DNA of 64,000 nt. Source: an uncultured Candidatus Saccharibacteria bacterium. Lineage in GTDB: Bacteria > Patescibacteriota > Minisyncoccia > Phycocordibacterales > UBA2100. The DNA lies in the NCBI GenBank assembly GCA_964437185.1, contig CAYTFU010000002.1, positions 41,296 through 105,295 on the forward strand. The letters are read 5' to 3'. Below, in pieces: positions 1 to 9,810 of this stretch. Numbering within the stretch: the first letter of the stretch is position 1; each line of letters starts with the position of its first letter. Both the position numbers and the translations under genes were made by a program. The notes below the pieces were generated by a model. That model had not been told where the DNA came from, did no database searches, and saw nothing but the letters and a program-made list of their open reading frames with translations.

Positions 1-87
1 CGCGGCGGGATGGAGCGAAAACGCGAACTGCTGAAGAGTGAGGGTGCGCTCTAGCGATGTTGGCGCAAATTTCAGTATACTGGCGAA

Positions 88-810
88 ATGGACGCCGCAG
101 ACAACATTAAGATCGAGCCGTCGTGGAAGCGCGTATTACTGGATGAATTTGGTAAGAACTATTTCAAAGAACTGGCGGAGTTTGTGCGTGGAGAGTATGA
201 ACACGCAATCGTGTATCCGCCGCCAAAAAATATATTTCGAGCGTTCGATCTTTGCCCTTTCGACCAAGTAAATGTCGTAATACTCGGCCAAGATCCCTAC
301 CATGGACCCCGGCAGGCCAATGGCCTCTGTTTCGCTGTCACTGAAGGCTTAGTCTTACCGCCGTCACTCCAGAACATTTTCAAAGAGCTTCAAAATGATC
401 TAAAACTGAGGGTCGGTGGCGGCGACCGAGCGTCGAGCGAGGAAGTCCCTCGGCCAGCAGGACGAGGGAGCGATCTGGAGCATTGGTCCAAACAGGGTGT
501 CCTTTTGCTTAACGCGACACTTACCGTGCGTGCGCATAGTGCCGGTTCGCATCAGAAGAAAGGGTGGGAAGAATTTACGGACGCGGTGATACGAAAACTA
601 TCCGAGGAGCGTGAGCATCTCGTATTCATACTCTGGGGCAACTACGCTAAGGCCAAAGGCGCCCACATCGACCGCTCGAAACACCTCGTGATCGAATCCG
701 CGCACCCGTCGCCACTCTCGGCTCACAATGGCTTTTTTGACTCTAAACCGTTTAGTAGAGCAAACGTATACCTCGCGTCACACGGGATCAGCCCTATTGA
801 TTGGGCCTAA
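88..810 (+). CDS. ung: uracil-DNA glycosylase, family 1
   Basis: GQDPYHGP, GVLLLN and HPSPLSAHNGFF motifs; collinear with E. coli Ung; ~13 aa extra loop before GVLLLN. Confidence 0.9.
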   Translation: MDAADNIKIEPSWKRVLLDEFGKNYFKELAEFVRGEYEHAIVYPPPKNIFRAFDLCPFDQVNVVILGQDPYHGPRQANGLCFAVTEGLVLPPSLQNIFKELQNDLKLRVGGGDRASSEEVPRPAGRGSDLEHWSKQGVLLLNATLTVRAHSAGSHQKKGWEEFTDAVIRKLSEEREHLVFILWGNYAKAKGAHIDRSKHLVIESAHPSPLSAHNGFFDSKPFSRANVYLASHGISPIDWA

Positions 811-822
811 CGCAAAAACCAC

Positions 823-1794
823 ATGATACGCGTCGTAAACATCGTTTTAGCTGTCTTCGCGATTGTGCTGACTGCGGCCATTGTTTTGTCAGGTAACACA
901 AAGAATCCCTCGTCACGCATTCTTGCCGGCACGGGCGCAGAATCAAAACGAGCGTTAGTGAATGTTATAAACGATGTTGGTGCGACTAATGCATGGCGCA
1001 TCTTGAAGGAAGCTTATTTGACCGATGGTCAGTTGCAGCATAGAAACATCGACCCGCATACTCTGGCTCATCAGATAGGCCGTGCGATATACAAAGAGCG
1101 TGGGATCAACGGACTCAGTATTTGTGATGATGCGTTTACCGGCGGGTGCTTTCATGGCGTCGTGGAGGAGGTTTTAATACTAGATGGGGTTGGCGCATCT
1201 GCTCGGATCGGCAGACTTTGTTCAACGCTCGATAATCCGTCTGGCTGCGCGCACGGCGCGGGCCACGGTCTAAACGAGGCCTCCGAGAGAAATTTATCGA
1301 ATGCCATGCGCAGCTGCGCTACGTTTCCCGAATCTCTGAAACCAGACTGTATCGAGGGCCTTCTTATGGACAATCTTTGGTCCTGGAAAGAAGCTGACGT
1401 CCGAAGGAAGTTGTGGGCGATTTGCGAAGGTCTGTCTCCGGAGTATCACGTTGCGTGCGCGTCTAGTTTGGGCAACTACTTTAGCGAGCATAAAAGCGTA
1501 GACGTGCATAGTTATGAACCAAGCACAATTGCCGCTGTTTGTGGTACGGCGCCAACCGAAGAGATGTCTAATCGATGCTTACTACGGCTCGGCCAAAGTA
1601 TTACGAGGCGAACCAATGGACACGTGGAGCAGATTATTCTTGAGTGCGGCCGATTGTTCACCGATCAGCAAGACGACTGCTTGAAGAACGCCGTTTCTTT
1701 CGCCATCAGTGCAAAATACATCGATCCCTCGATTTCGCGACTCGACATTTGCGCAAGATATTTTGGAGAAAAAACTCAGCATTGCCCGATCTAA
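823..1794 (+). CDS. hypothetical Cys-rich membrane-anchored protein
   Basis: N-terminal TM helix (VVNIVLAVFAIVLTAAIVL), many Cys pairs; no recognisable family. Confidence 0.5.
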   Translation: MIRVVNIVLAVFAIVLTAAIVLSGNTKNPSSRILAGTGAESKRALVNVINDVGATNAWRILKEAYLTDGQLQHRNIDPHTLAHQIGRAIYKERGINGLSICDDAFTGGCFHGVVEEVLILDGVGASARIGRLCSTLDNPSGCAHGAGHGLNEASERNLSNAMRSCATFPESLKPDCIEGLLMDNLWSWKEADVRRKLWAICEGLSPEYHVACASSLGNYFSEHKSVDVHSYEPSTIAAVCGTAPTEEMSNRCLLRLGQSITRRTNGHVEQIILECGRLFTDQQDDCLKNAVSFAISAKYIDPSISRLDICARYFGEKTQHCPI

Positions 1795-1830
1795 GGTCGG
1801 TGGCGGACGAGGCGCTTTTGACATGATAGT

Positions 1831-2742
1831 ATGAATAGCATGATTAAATTCACACTCGGATTTTTAGCAGCGGCTGTGCTTGCAATTGGCGCTTATTTCT
1901 ACCTCACTCCTCGGCAAGCTGCGCCTCCGCAACCAGATACGGCATCCGAAAATTCTTTGGCTGGAACGACGGCTACGAATACACAGCCAGTCGCGGATTC
2001 CACAAAAACCGTCATCGGTACGTCAGTAAAGGGAAATGAGATCGTGGCGTACCATTTCGGCGAGGGTTCAAAGAACGTGTTGTTTGTCGGCGGCATACAT
2101 GGCGGATATGAGTGGAACACTGCGCTCCTCGCGTACGAAATCATGGACGAACTGAAGAAAAATCCAAACATCATTCCTACAGGGGTGCGCGTAACGATCA
2201 TACCGGTACTCAATCCCGACGGTCTTGCGATTGTCGCGGGTACGTCGAGTCGATTTGCCGCATCTGATGTTTCTACCTCAAAAAGCGTGCAGGTATCGGG
2301 TCGCTTCAATGCAAACACAGTAGACCTGAATAGAAACTTCGATTGCGACTGGAAGGAGGCCGGGACTTGGCAAAACACCCGCGTAAGTGGTGGTAAATCG
2401 GCGTTCTCAGAACCCGAAAGCATCGCAATGAAATCATACATAGAATCGCTGAAGCCAGATGCTGTTGTCGTGTGGTACAGCGCTGCAGGCGGTGTGTATT
2501 CTTCAAGTTGTCACGACGGCGTATTGCCGCAAACGAGCGCGCTTACCGCCCTGTATGCAAAAGCCGCGTCGTATCCCGCGCATGAGGTGTTCAATTACTA
2601 CGACATCACGGGCGACATGGTAAATTGGCTCGCAAAAATAAAGATCCCCGCTATTAGCGTGCTCCTCACAAATCACACCGACATTGAGTTGAGCAAGAAT
2701 CGTGCGGGCGTACAAGCCGTCTTAGAGTACATTTCGAAATAA
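1831..2742 (+). CDS. M14-family zinc carboxypeptidase-like protein (paralog 1), N-terminal signal anchor
   Basis: GGIHGGYEWN, IPVLNPDG and VDLNRNFDC motif order typical of M14; tandem paralog of next gene. Confidence 0.65.
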   Translation: MNSMIKFTLGFLAAAVLAIGAYFYLTPRQAAPPQPDTASENSLAGTTATNTQPVADSTKTVIGTSVKGNEIVAYHFGEGSKNVLFVGGIHGGYEWNTALLAYEIMDELKKNPNIIPTGVRVTIIPVLNPDGLAIVAGTSSRFAASDVSTSKSVQVSGRFNANTVDLNRNFDCDWKEAGTWQNTRVSGGKSAFSEPESIAMKSYIESLKPDAVVVWYSAAGGVYSSSCHDGVLPQTSALTALYAKAASYPAHEVFNYYDITGDMVNWLAKIKIPAISVLLTNHTDIELSKNRAGVQAVLEYISK

Positions 2743-2743
2743 G

Positions 2744-3619
2744 ATGCGCTTTCTTTCGTCTCGACAACTCGTTATTTCTGTAGCGGTGATTGCGTTGCTC
2801 GCGACGTACGGAGCCTACTTCTATTCACGTGAAGAGCCTCCAGAAGTGCAACAAGAGGTCGTCGCACCTGCTCCCGCCTACACGCGTGCGGTTATCGGCC
2901 ACTCCGTGGAAGGTCGCGCTATCGAAGCGTTTACATACGGCGCCGGTGCGAGGCAACTTTTGTTTGTCGGCGGTATGCATGGGGGATACGAGTGGAACAG
3001 CGTGCTTCTTGCGTACGAAATGATGGATTACCTCGTGCAACATCCGGATTTCGTCCCGAGTGGCATGAGCGTTACCATAATCCCTGTAGCCAATCCCGAT
3101 GGTCTCTATAGAATCGTGAACAAAGAGGGGAGGTTTACGCTCACCGACGTTCCATCGGACACAGATCAATCGCCCGGCCGATTCAATGCCCATGAAGTCG
3201 ATCTCAATCGCAACTTCGACTGCAAATGGCAGCCTGAGAGCATGTGGAAGAGTCGCACTGTGAGCGGCGGCACAGCGGCATTTTCTGAGCCTGAGAGCCG
3301 CGCCCTTCGCGATTTTGTTCTCACGCACAAACCTGTCGCCGTCGTCTTTTGGCACAGTAAGGCAAATGCTGTGTATGCGTCGGAGTGCGAGAATGGGATT
3401 TTGCCCATCACGCGCGACATTATGAGCGCCTACGCAGGCGCCGCTGGTTATCCTGCAGTCGATAGCTTCGATAGCTACTCGGTGACTGGAGACGCAGAAG
3501 GGTGGCTCGCTTCCATTGCGATACCAGCGATAACGGTCGAGCTTAAGACACACGAAGATATCGAGTGGGACAAAAATCTTTTGGGAGTGACTGCGCTCGT
3601 CAAATATTTTTCAAAGTAA
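2744..3619 (+). CDS. M14-family zinc carboxypeptidase-like protein (paralog 2)
   Basis: GGMHGGYEWN, IPVANPDG, VDLNRNFDC; collinear with 1831..2742. Confidence 0.65.
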   Translation: MRFLSSRQLVISVAVIALLATYGAYFYSREEPPEVQQEVVAPAPAYTRAVIGHSVEGRAIEAFTYGAGARQLLFVGGMHGGYEWNSVLLAYEMMDYLVQHPDFVPSGMSVTIIPVANPDGLYRIVNKEGRFTLTDVPSDTDQSPGRFNAHEVDLNRNFDCKWQPESMWKSRTVSGGTAAFSEPESRALRDFVLTHKPVAVVFWHSKANAVYASECENGILPITRDIMSAYAGAAGYPAVDSFDSYSVTGDAEGWLASIAIPAITVELKTHEDIEWDKNLLGVTALVKYFSK

Positions 3620-3653
3620 TCTTACAGTGAGTGTGACGTGCTATAAATAGCGT

Positions 3654-4604
3654 ATGGACCAGGTAGGCGCTCCTCATCCAAATGCAGTCCACAAAAAACA
3701 TCTGTGGATGTTTGGCGCCATACTAGCGATCGTTGTCGGCGGTGCATTTGTGTTTACGGGGGTGAAAATCGTATCGCTCAACACAGAAATTGCGCGTCTC
3801 ACGTCGGATATCGCCTCAACCACTTCGGTGCTCTACGGGACAGCGGGCACGCTCTCCAAAAATATTTCCGATTTGAGTACCGAAACAAAGGGGATATCGC
3901 AAGATCTCTCGAATACCAAAGAAAATATTGCAACGGTCAAAGATCAGGTAGGCGGCGTGCAGCAGACGCTCGGCTCCGTTTCGGGCACCGTTTCTACACT
4001 TCAAAAGCTTTCTACTATTGATGCTGAGCTTTTGAAAAAATACTCAAAGGTGTATTTTCTCAACGAAAATTACACGCCCGCCCACCTCTCTGTACTGCCG
4101 CAAGACATAATCTACAGTAATACTCGTCCCGAAAGCTTTCTTACCGAAGCCGCGCCTGCACTCGTCCGAATGATGACGGCGGCGAAGGCCGATGGCGTCT
4201 CAATGTATGTATTTTCTGCGTTTCGATCGTTCGCAAAGCAGCAGACTCTAAAATCTCAATACACATTCACCTATGGCGCCGGCACCGCGAGCACTTTTTC
4301 GGCAGATCAGGGCTACTCTGAACACCAACTCGGGACAACGGTCGATGTCATCGCGCCCGGCCTCGGTGGAGAATTGACCGTCGCTTTTGAAAAAACCCCG
4401 GCGTTTGCATGGCTTATGGCCAATGCGCACAAATTCGGATTTCACCTCTCCTATCCGCGCAACAATACATACTACGTGTACGAGCCCTGGCACTGGCGCT
4501 ACGTGGGCGTAAAACTTGCCACGTACCTGCACGAACAAAACCTCAATTTCTACGACATGGATCAACGCACGATTGATACTTATCTGGCAAATCTATTCGA
4601 CTGA
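3654..4604 (+). CDS. D-alanyl-D-alanine carboxypeptidase, VanY/M15B family, N-terminal TM plus coiled coil
   Basis: SAFRS, SEHQLGTTVD and EPWHWRY motifs of VanY-type peptidases. Confidence 0.75.
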   Translation: MDQVGAPHPNAVHKKHLWMFGAILAIVVGGAFVFTGVKIVSLNTEIARLTSDIASTTSVLYGTAGTLSKNISDLSTETKGISQDLSNTKENIATVKDQVGGVQQTLGSVSGTVSTLQKLSTIDAELLKKYSKVYFLNENYTPAHLSVLPQDIIYSNTRPESFLTEAAPALVRMMTAAKADGVSMYVFSAFRSFAKQQTLKSQYTFTYGAGTASTFSADQGYSEHQLGTTVDVIAPGLGGELTVAFEKTPAFAWLMANAHKFGFHLSYPRNNTYYVYEPWHWRYVGVKLATYLHEQNLNFYDMDQRTIDTYLANLFD

Positions 4605-4658
4605 CGAGTACTTTACTGCTGTCCATTAGCGAATCTACCGTATAGTTTCCACATTCTT

Positions 4659-5660
4659 GTGAATACTCAAAATCACGGTATTCTGAGTAGTGTGTTTCCG
4701 CATACACGGCTGCGCCGTTTGAGAAAAACTGAGGCACTGCGAACGCTAACCCGGGAGCAGAGGCTTTCTATCGACGATTTGATTTATCCGATTTTCGTCG
4801 AGGAAAATATACAAGCCCCTATTCCAGTAGAGACGATGCCTGGCGTGTTTCGAATTCCGGAGAGAAATCTAGACGATGAGGTGCGAGCGATCGCATCAGA
4901 TGGAGTGAAAGCAATTATGATGTTCGGTGTCTCGCACAAAAAAGACCCCACGGGAAGCGATTCTTTGAGTCAAAGCGGTCTCATGGCGCGCATGATTAGG
5001 TGCGCAAAAAAAGCGGCTCCAGAGATGATCGTGATTTCCGACAATTGCTTTTGCGAATACACTGATCATGGACATTGCGGCGTAGTTCGTGACGGTTATG
5101 TGGACAACGACCTTTCGATTAAAAACCTAGCGCGTCAGACTGTCGTAGCTGTCGAAGCTGGCGCCGACATGGTGGCGCCCTCTTCGATGTTGGACGGCCA
5201 AGTACAGGCGATTCGGCAGACGCTCGACGCAGCGGGCCATGGCGACATCCCGATTATGGCGTATTCTACGAAATTCGCTTCCTGCTTTTACGGTCCTTTT
5301 CGCAACGCCGCGGGATCAACACTACAAGGCGACCGAAAAACCTATCAGATGGATCCCTCGAACACTCGAGAGGCAATACGAGAATCCTTGCTAGATGAAA
5401 GCGAGGGCGCGGACATTCTTATGGTAAAGCCTGCACTTCCGTATCTCGACATTCTGTCGAAACTGCGAAAACGAAGCCTATTACCAATAGCCGCTTATCA
5501 AGTAAGTGGTGAATACGCAATGATCAAATTTGCTGCCCAAGCTGGTGCCATTGATGAGCGGCGCGCGGTACTTGAAACGCTCGGGGCGATACAAAGAGCT
5601 GGTGCCGATATTATTCTCACATATTTTGCTCGTAGTCTCGCTCGAGAAGGTATCATATGA
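4659..5660 (+). CDS. hemB: porphobilinogen synthase (delta-aminolevulinate dehydratase); GTG start
   Basis: [26 protein letters not shown] and SMLDGQV motifs. Confidence 0.9.
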   Translation: MNTQNHGILSSVFPHTRLRRLRKTEALRTLTREQRLSIDDLIYPIFVEENIQAPIPVETMPGVFRIPERNLDDEVRAIASDGVKAIMMFGVSHKKDPTGSDSLSQSGLMARMIRCAKKAAPEMIVISDNCFCEYTDHGHCGVVRDGYVDNDLSIKNLARQTVVAVEAGADMVAPSSMLDGQVQAIRQTLDAAGHGDIPIMAYSTKFASCFYGPFRNAAGSTLQGDRKTYQMDPSNTREAIRESLLDESEGADILMVKPALPYLDILSKLRKRSLLPIAAYQVSGEYAMIKFAAQAGAIDERRAVLETLGAIQRAGADIILTYFARSLAREGII

Positions 5661-5706
5661 ATAATGCCCGTTATGTACTGAATGATCGAAGGGAAAAGCA
5701 GCAATA

Positions 5707-6612
5707 ATGAAAACAATTCTGATTAAAATTGGTTCTCGTGGAAGCGAACTTGCACTTAAGCAAACAGATATCGTATTCGCGGCGCTTAAGGCAGCGGACC
5801 CATCTGTTTCCGTCGAGGTGCACGTAGTCCAAACACGCGGCGACGTTGACCAGCAACCGATTCCTCTCGACACCATAGGCAAGGGGTGGTTCACGAGAGA
5901 AATAGAAGATGAGCTTTTGCGGGGTGAAATCGACATCGCTGTGCATAGTCTCAAAGATATGGCGGAAGGCATGCCGCCGGGCCTCATGATTGGAGCATAT
6001 CTTCCGCGTGAAGACGCGCGCGATGTTCTTATTACAAAAAACGGCGTGTCATATCAGGAATTAAAGCGGGGAGCAATAATCGGTACCGACAGTTCGCGCA
6101 GGCAGGTACAAATGCTTGCCCTCCGACCTGACGCACGGATGAAAAGCATACGCGGGAATGTGCCGACGCGTCTCCAAAAGCTACAATCTGAAGAATACGA
6201 CGCAATTATTCTTGCTGCAGCGGGTTTAAAACGTCTTGGAATGGAAAAAAAAATCACTCATTATTTTGCCTTGACGGATATCATTCCAGCGCCCGGGCAG
6301 GGAATTCTTGCCGTACAAACACGAAGGGACGACACCGAGTTGGAACAAATACTCGCGCGAATCAACGATCTTGAGGCGGCGCAAGCGGCAACTTTGGAGA
6401 GATTGTTCTCGCGTACCGTCGGAGGCGGATGCAAAGCTCCGACAGGAGCCTACGCCGTAAAGGGACCAGAAGGATGGACATTGACGGCAATGATTGCTGC
6501 AGCAAATGGCCGAATCATCCGGGGAGAAATGAGTACCCAATTAGATGGCGATTTTCAGATCGGCCAACAGCTCGCGAAGAGTCTTCTTATTACCCGTGAT
6601 GCGGAAAAATAA
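5707..6612 (+). CDS. hemC: hydroxymethylbilane synthase (porphobilinogen deaminase)
   Basis: IGSRGSELALKQT...VQTRGD N-terminus, cofactor-binding Cys region; full-length collinearity. Confidence 0.9.
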   Translation: MKTILIKIGSRGSELALKQTDIVFAALKAADPSVSVEVHVVQTRGDVDQQPIPLDTIGKGWFTREIEDELLRGEIDIAVHSLKDMAEGMPPGLMIGAYLPREDARDVLITKNGVSYQELKRGAIIGTDSSRRQVQMLALRPDARMKSIRGNVPTRLQKLQSEEYDAIILAAAGLKRLGMEKKITHYFALTDIIPAPGQGILAVQTRRDDTELEQILARINDLEAAQAATLERLFSRTVGGGCKAPTGAYAVKGPEGWTLTAMIAAANGRIIRGEMSTQLDGDFQIGQQLAKSLLITRDAEK

Positions 6613-6613
6613 A

Positions 6614-7159
6614 ATGGAAATAGGCATAGATATTAAGGCGCTGTCGCTGTCGCGAAGCACAATTAGCGTTCTTCGCAATATTGCTCGATACGACCTCATT
6701 GTTTTTACAAGCAAAAATGCACAAAACTTCTTCAAGAGAGCACTCTCGCGGCTTCAAATAAAGCTGCCGAGGAGCAGCGGGATTGTGCGAGTGGGGCCCC
6801 GAAATGATCTTCTTAAACTTGCCGTGCGGGGGAAGCGGATACTATTTCCGCGCTCCGCTCTAGCTCCGCATGACATTATCAGAGGCTTGCGGTCTAAAGG
6901 ATGCTCGGTACGTGTCATTACTCTATACACAGCACATGGCACAAAATTATCCAAAAAACAAAGACAATTGATACTTAGCGGGAACATTGAGAGATTGTAT
7001 TTCAAAAGCCCTTCTGGCGTACGAGGACTTTTGCAGCAAATGCGGGGACGAAATAAAAAGTTAGTACTTTCAATTCTTGCAGAATGCCTCGGCAAAACTA
7101 CCGCAAGTGCGGCAAAAGCGGAGGGCTTTAAAAAAGTGGTAGTTGCAGGCATACTGTAA
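6614..7159 (+). CDS. hemD: uroporphyrinogen-III synthase, short form (181 aa)
   Basis: IVFTSKNAQNFF and YFKSPSGVRGL (two HemD TSxNAV/SPS-like half-motifs); ATG 2 nt after hemC stop; only ~3/4 the usual length. Confidence 0.6.
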   Translation: MEIGIDIKALSLSRSTISVLRNIARYDLIVFTSKNAQNFFKRALSRLQIKLPRSSGIVRVGPRNDLLKLAVRGKRILFPRSALAPHDIIRGLRSKGCSVRVITLYTAHGTKLSKKQRQLILSGNIERLYFKSPSGVRGLLQQMRGRNKKLVLSILAECLGKTTASAAKAEGFKKVVVAGIL

Positions 7160-7164
7160 GACCT

Positions 7165-7821
7165 ATGCGATACCACAGCTATATTTTTTTCGATGTATGC
7201 CAGAGCTTCCCTGTACCGTCGGCTGCAAAAATCAATACGTACAAAAAGGGTTTTGCTGCGATAGTGGAAAACAATGTCGATGTTGGTGTGCGAGCCTACG
7301 GGACACTAGCACTTAAATCCGGTACGCGATTTATGTTACACATGAATGCAGGTTCTCCCGATGCGATACAGCTTCTTACGCGAAACTTATTGCACTCCGA
7401 GCTCGGGAGGCTTCTCACGATACGCTACACGCTCATGGGCATAACCCGATCATCGCAGTACAATCCAAAATCGGCCCCAAAAGAAAGCGTGCCAGATATG
7501 CCTCATCGCTATCTTGTGGTGTATCCATTCACGAAAACTATCGAATGGTATTTAATGCCGTACGATGAGCGACGGGGTATCATGAAGTCCCACGTTGATG
7601 TCGGCCGCAAATTTAGCAAGAACATATCGCAGCTTCTCTTGTACTCATACGGCATAGACGATCATGAATTCATCGTGTCATACCAAATGAGTGATCTGGA
7701 AGAATTCCAAACCCTCGTGATGGAAATGCGTGAGACCGAAAGCCGTCGTCACACGAAAAATGACCTGCCAATATTCACCTGTATACACATGTCACTTCCC
7801 GAGGCACTCGACATGGTATGA
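7165..7821 (+). CDS. hemQ: coproheme decarboxylase (chlorite-dismutase-like HemQ/ChdC)
   Basis: YLVVYPFTKTIEWYLMPYDERRGIMKSHVDVGRKF region matches HemQ core. Confidence 0.7.
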   Translation: MRYHSYIFFDVCQSFPVPSAAKINTYKKGFAAIVENNVDVGVRAYGTLALKSGTRFMLHMNAGSPDAIQLLTRNLLHSELGRLLTIRYTLMGITRSSQYNPKSAPKESVPDMPHRYLVVYPFTKTIEWYLMPYDERRGIMKSHVDVGRKFSKNISQLLLYSYGIDDHEFIVSYQMSDLEEFQTLVMEMRETESRRHTKNDLPIFTCIHMSLPEALDMV

Positions 7822-8825
7822 ATGATACATTTCTCCGTGCGGCAAGAGGAGAAAAAACGGAGCAAATCCCGATTTGGTTTATGCGCCAGGCTGGACGATC
7901 GCTTCCTGGCTACCGCAAACTTCGCGAGAAATACAGCGTGCTGGAGCTCGCGCAGACGCCGGAACTCGCAGCGCAGGTCTCAATCGAGCCAGTAGAGCGA
8001 CTGGGAGTGGACGCCGCGATACTCTTTGCAGACATTATGCTTCTGCCTTTGGCGCTCGGTGTAAAACTCGAAATTGTGGATTCTGTGGGCCCTGTTATAG
8101 ACTCACCGATCGAGAGCAGAGCAGATATAGAGCGCCTCCTACCTTTTAAGAAAAGCAATATAACGTACCTGGGAGACACCATTAGACTCCTGCGGCAACG
8201 TCTTGATGTGCCGGTCATCGGTTTTTCTGGCGCTCCTTTCACACTGGCCTCCTACCTCATAGAAGGTAGGCCGACGCGCGACTGGAAGAAGACCAAGAAA
8301 TTCATGCTCGAGGAGCCGGAGTTGTGGGAGCTTTTAATGCGAAAACTTTCGGATTCAGTCATTGGCTACCTAGACGTACAGATACAGGCAGGAGCGCAGG
8401 CAGTGCAACTTTTCGACAGTTGGGCGGGATGTCTTTCGCCAACTGACTACAGGACGCACGTGCTACCGCATGCTCGGAAGATATTTTCCGCCCTGAAAGA
8501 ACGTAAGGTGCCGCGGATACACTTCGGCACGGATACCGGCGCCATGCTGGAGGATTTCGCCGATGTGGACTGCGAAGTCATCGGTGTGGATTGGCGAGTA
8601 GATCTCTCAAAAGCGAGAGAATTGGTCGGCAAGAAAGCGCTGCAAGGCAATCTCGACCCGGCAGTGCTTCTGTGCGATTGGTCTGTAGTCGAAAAGAAGG
8701 TAGACGAGATGCTTTTCAACCTTGGGAACGCGAAAGGTTACATATTCAATCTAGGGCACGGTGTATTGCCTCAAACCGACGACAAGCAGATCAAGCGGCT
8801 TGTCGAATACGTGCATGGTAAATAA
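7818..8825 (+). CDS. hemE: uroporphyrinogen decarboxylase
   Basis: IPIWFMRQAGRSLPGY and ILFADIM motifs; 4-nt overlap with hemQ. Confidence 0.9.
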   Translation: MNDTFLRAARGEKTEQIPIWFMRQAGRSLPGYRKLREKYSVLELAQTPELAAQVSIEPVERLGVDAAILFADIMLLPLALGVKLEIVDSVGPVIDSPIESRADIERLLPFKKSNITYLGDTIRLLRQRLDVPVIGFSGAPFTLASYLIEGRPTRDWKKTKKFMLEEPELWELLMRKLSDSVIGYLDVQIQAGAQAVQLFDSWAGCLSPTDYRTHVLPHARKIFSALKERKVPRIHFGTDTGAMLEDFADVDCEVIGVDWRVDLSKARELVGKKALQGNLDPAVLLCDWSVVEKKVDEMLFNLGNAKGYIFNLGHGVLPQTDDKQIKRLVEYVHGK

Positions 8826-9732
8826 GATCGGCGTGGTTCTGATGACGTACGGTTCCGCTAATACCTCGGCCGGAGTCGAAGCGTATTTCAGGCATATCTA
8901 CGAGAATCCTTCGCCGGAAGCTATTGCAGATTTCAAGAATCGTTATGATCTGGTAGGCGGCTCGCCTCTGGTACGCATCACCAAGCATCAGGCCGTGCTT
9001 CTCCAGAAAAAACTCGGTAAAAAGTACGTAGTGCGCTCCGGGATGCGGCACTCGAAGCCCTTTATCGCCGATGCGGTTGCCAGTCTGAAAAAAGCCAATG
9101 CAAATGAGATTCGCAGCATAATCCTTTCTCCGCAATTCTCATCTTTTATTATGGAGGGCTACAAGAAAGACTTTACGGAGGCCGCAAGAGCAAATGGATT
9201 TACAAACTACATGATCGCAGGGCCATGGCCTGCTGATGAACATTTTGTCAAACTTTTCGCAAAGCGCATAAAGGTAAAGCTCTCCAAACTCGGCAAAGAT
9301 ACACCAGTCGTGTTTACGACTCACAGCTTGCCCCAACGAGTCGTCGATACAGATCCGAGTTATTTAAAACAATTAGACCAGACTATCGTCGCAGTGAGAA
9401 AGCAATTGCCAAAAATAAATTGGTACCAGGGATACCAGAGCGCGGGCCACACGCCCGAGGAATGGCTCAAGCCCGACCTCACCGACATTCTTGCCGACCT
9501 CGCCAAAAAAAGACAAGACAAAGTCCTGATAGTACCGATACAGTTTCTCTCCGACCATTTGGAGATCCTCTATGATCTCGATATTGCTGCACGCGAGCAG
9601 TGCAATGAATTCGGAATAGACTACCATCGTATCGAGTTACCGAATACCGATCCGCTGTTCATACGATCGCTTGAAGAAATCACAAAAAAAGCTGCTCCGC
9701 GATTGCGTGGTGCGCGAGGACGACGCATATAA
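8815..9732 (+). CDS. hemH: ferrochelatase / coproporphyrin ferrochelatase
   Basis: IGVVLMTYGS N-terminus, collinear with HemH/CpfC; overlaps hemE 3' end by 11 nt. Confidence 0.85.
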   Translation: MVNKIGVVLMTYGSANTSAGVEAYFRHIYENPSPEAIADFKNRYDLVGGSPLVRITKHQAVLLQKKLGKKYVVRSGMRHSKPFIADAVASLKKANANEIRSIILSPQFSSFIMEGYKKDFTEAARANGFTNYMIAGPWPADEHFVKLFAKRIKVKLSKLGKDTPVVFTTHSLPQRVVDTDPSYLKQLDQTIVAVRKQLPKINWYQGYQSAGHTPEEWLKPDLTDILADLAKKRQDKVLIVPIQFLSDHLEILYDLDIAAREQCNEFGIDYHRIELPNTDPLFIRSLEEITKKAAPRLRGARGRRI

Positions 9733-9810
9733 TGCTCGAGTCCGTGCCGATTATCGTCGGCGAGCGCGATTTGAAACTGCAGGGCTTCTTTGCTCTAAAT
9801 GGCTACGATA

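Noticed and set aside
38-271. 77-aa ORF overlapping the start of ung in another frame
   Set aside because: ung in the +1 frame has full-length family 1 UDG motifs; the overlapping frame is spurious.
409-501. Extra ~13-aa Gly/Arg/Ser-rich loop in Ung (KLRVGGGDRASSEEVPRPAGRGSD) as a possible inserted element
   Set aside because: Length is within the variation of the UDG family leucine-loop-adjacent region; no independent signal.
6545-6613. ORF-track start of hemD at 6545 inside hemC
   Set aside because: The upstream 23 codons overlap hemC coding sequence in another frame; ATG at 6614 directly after the hemC stop is more plausible.
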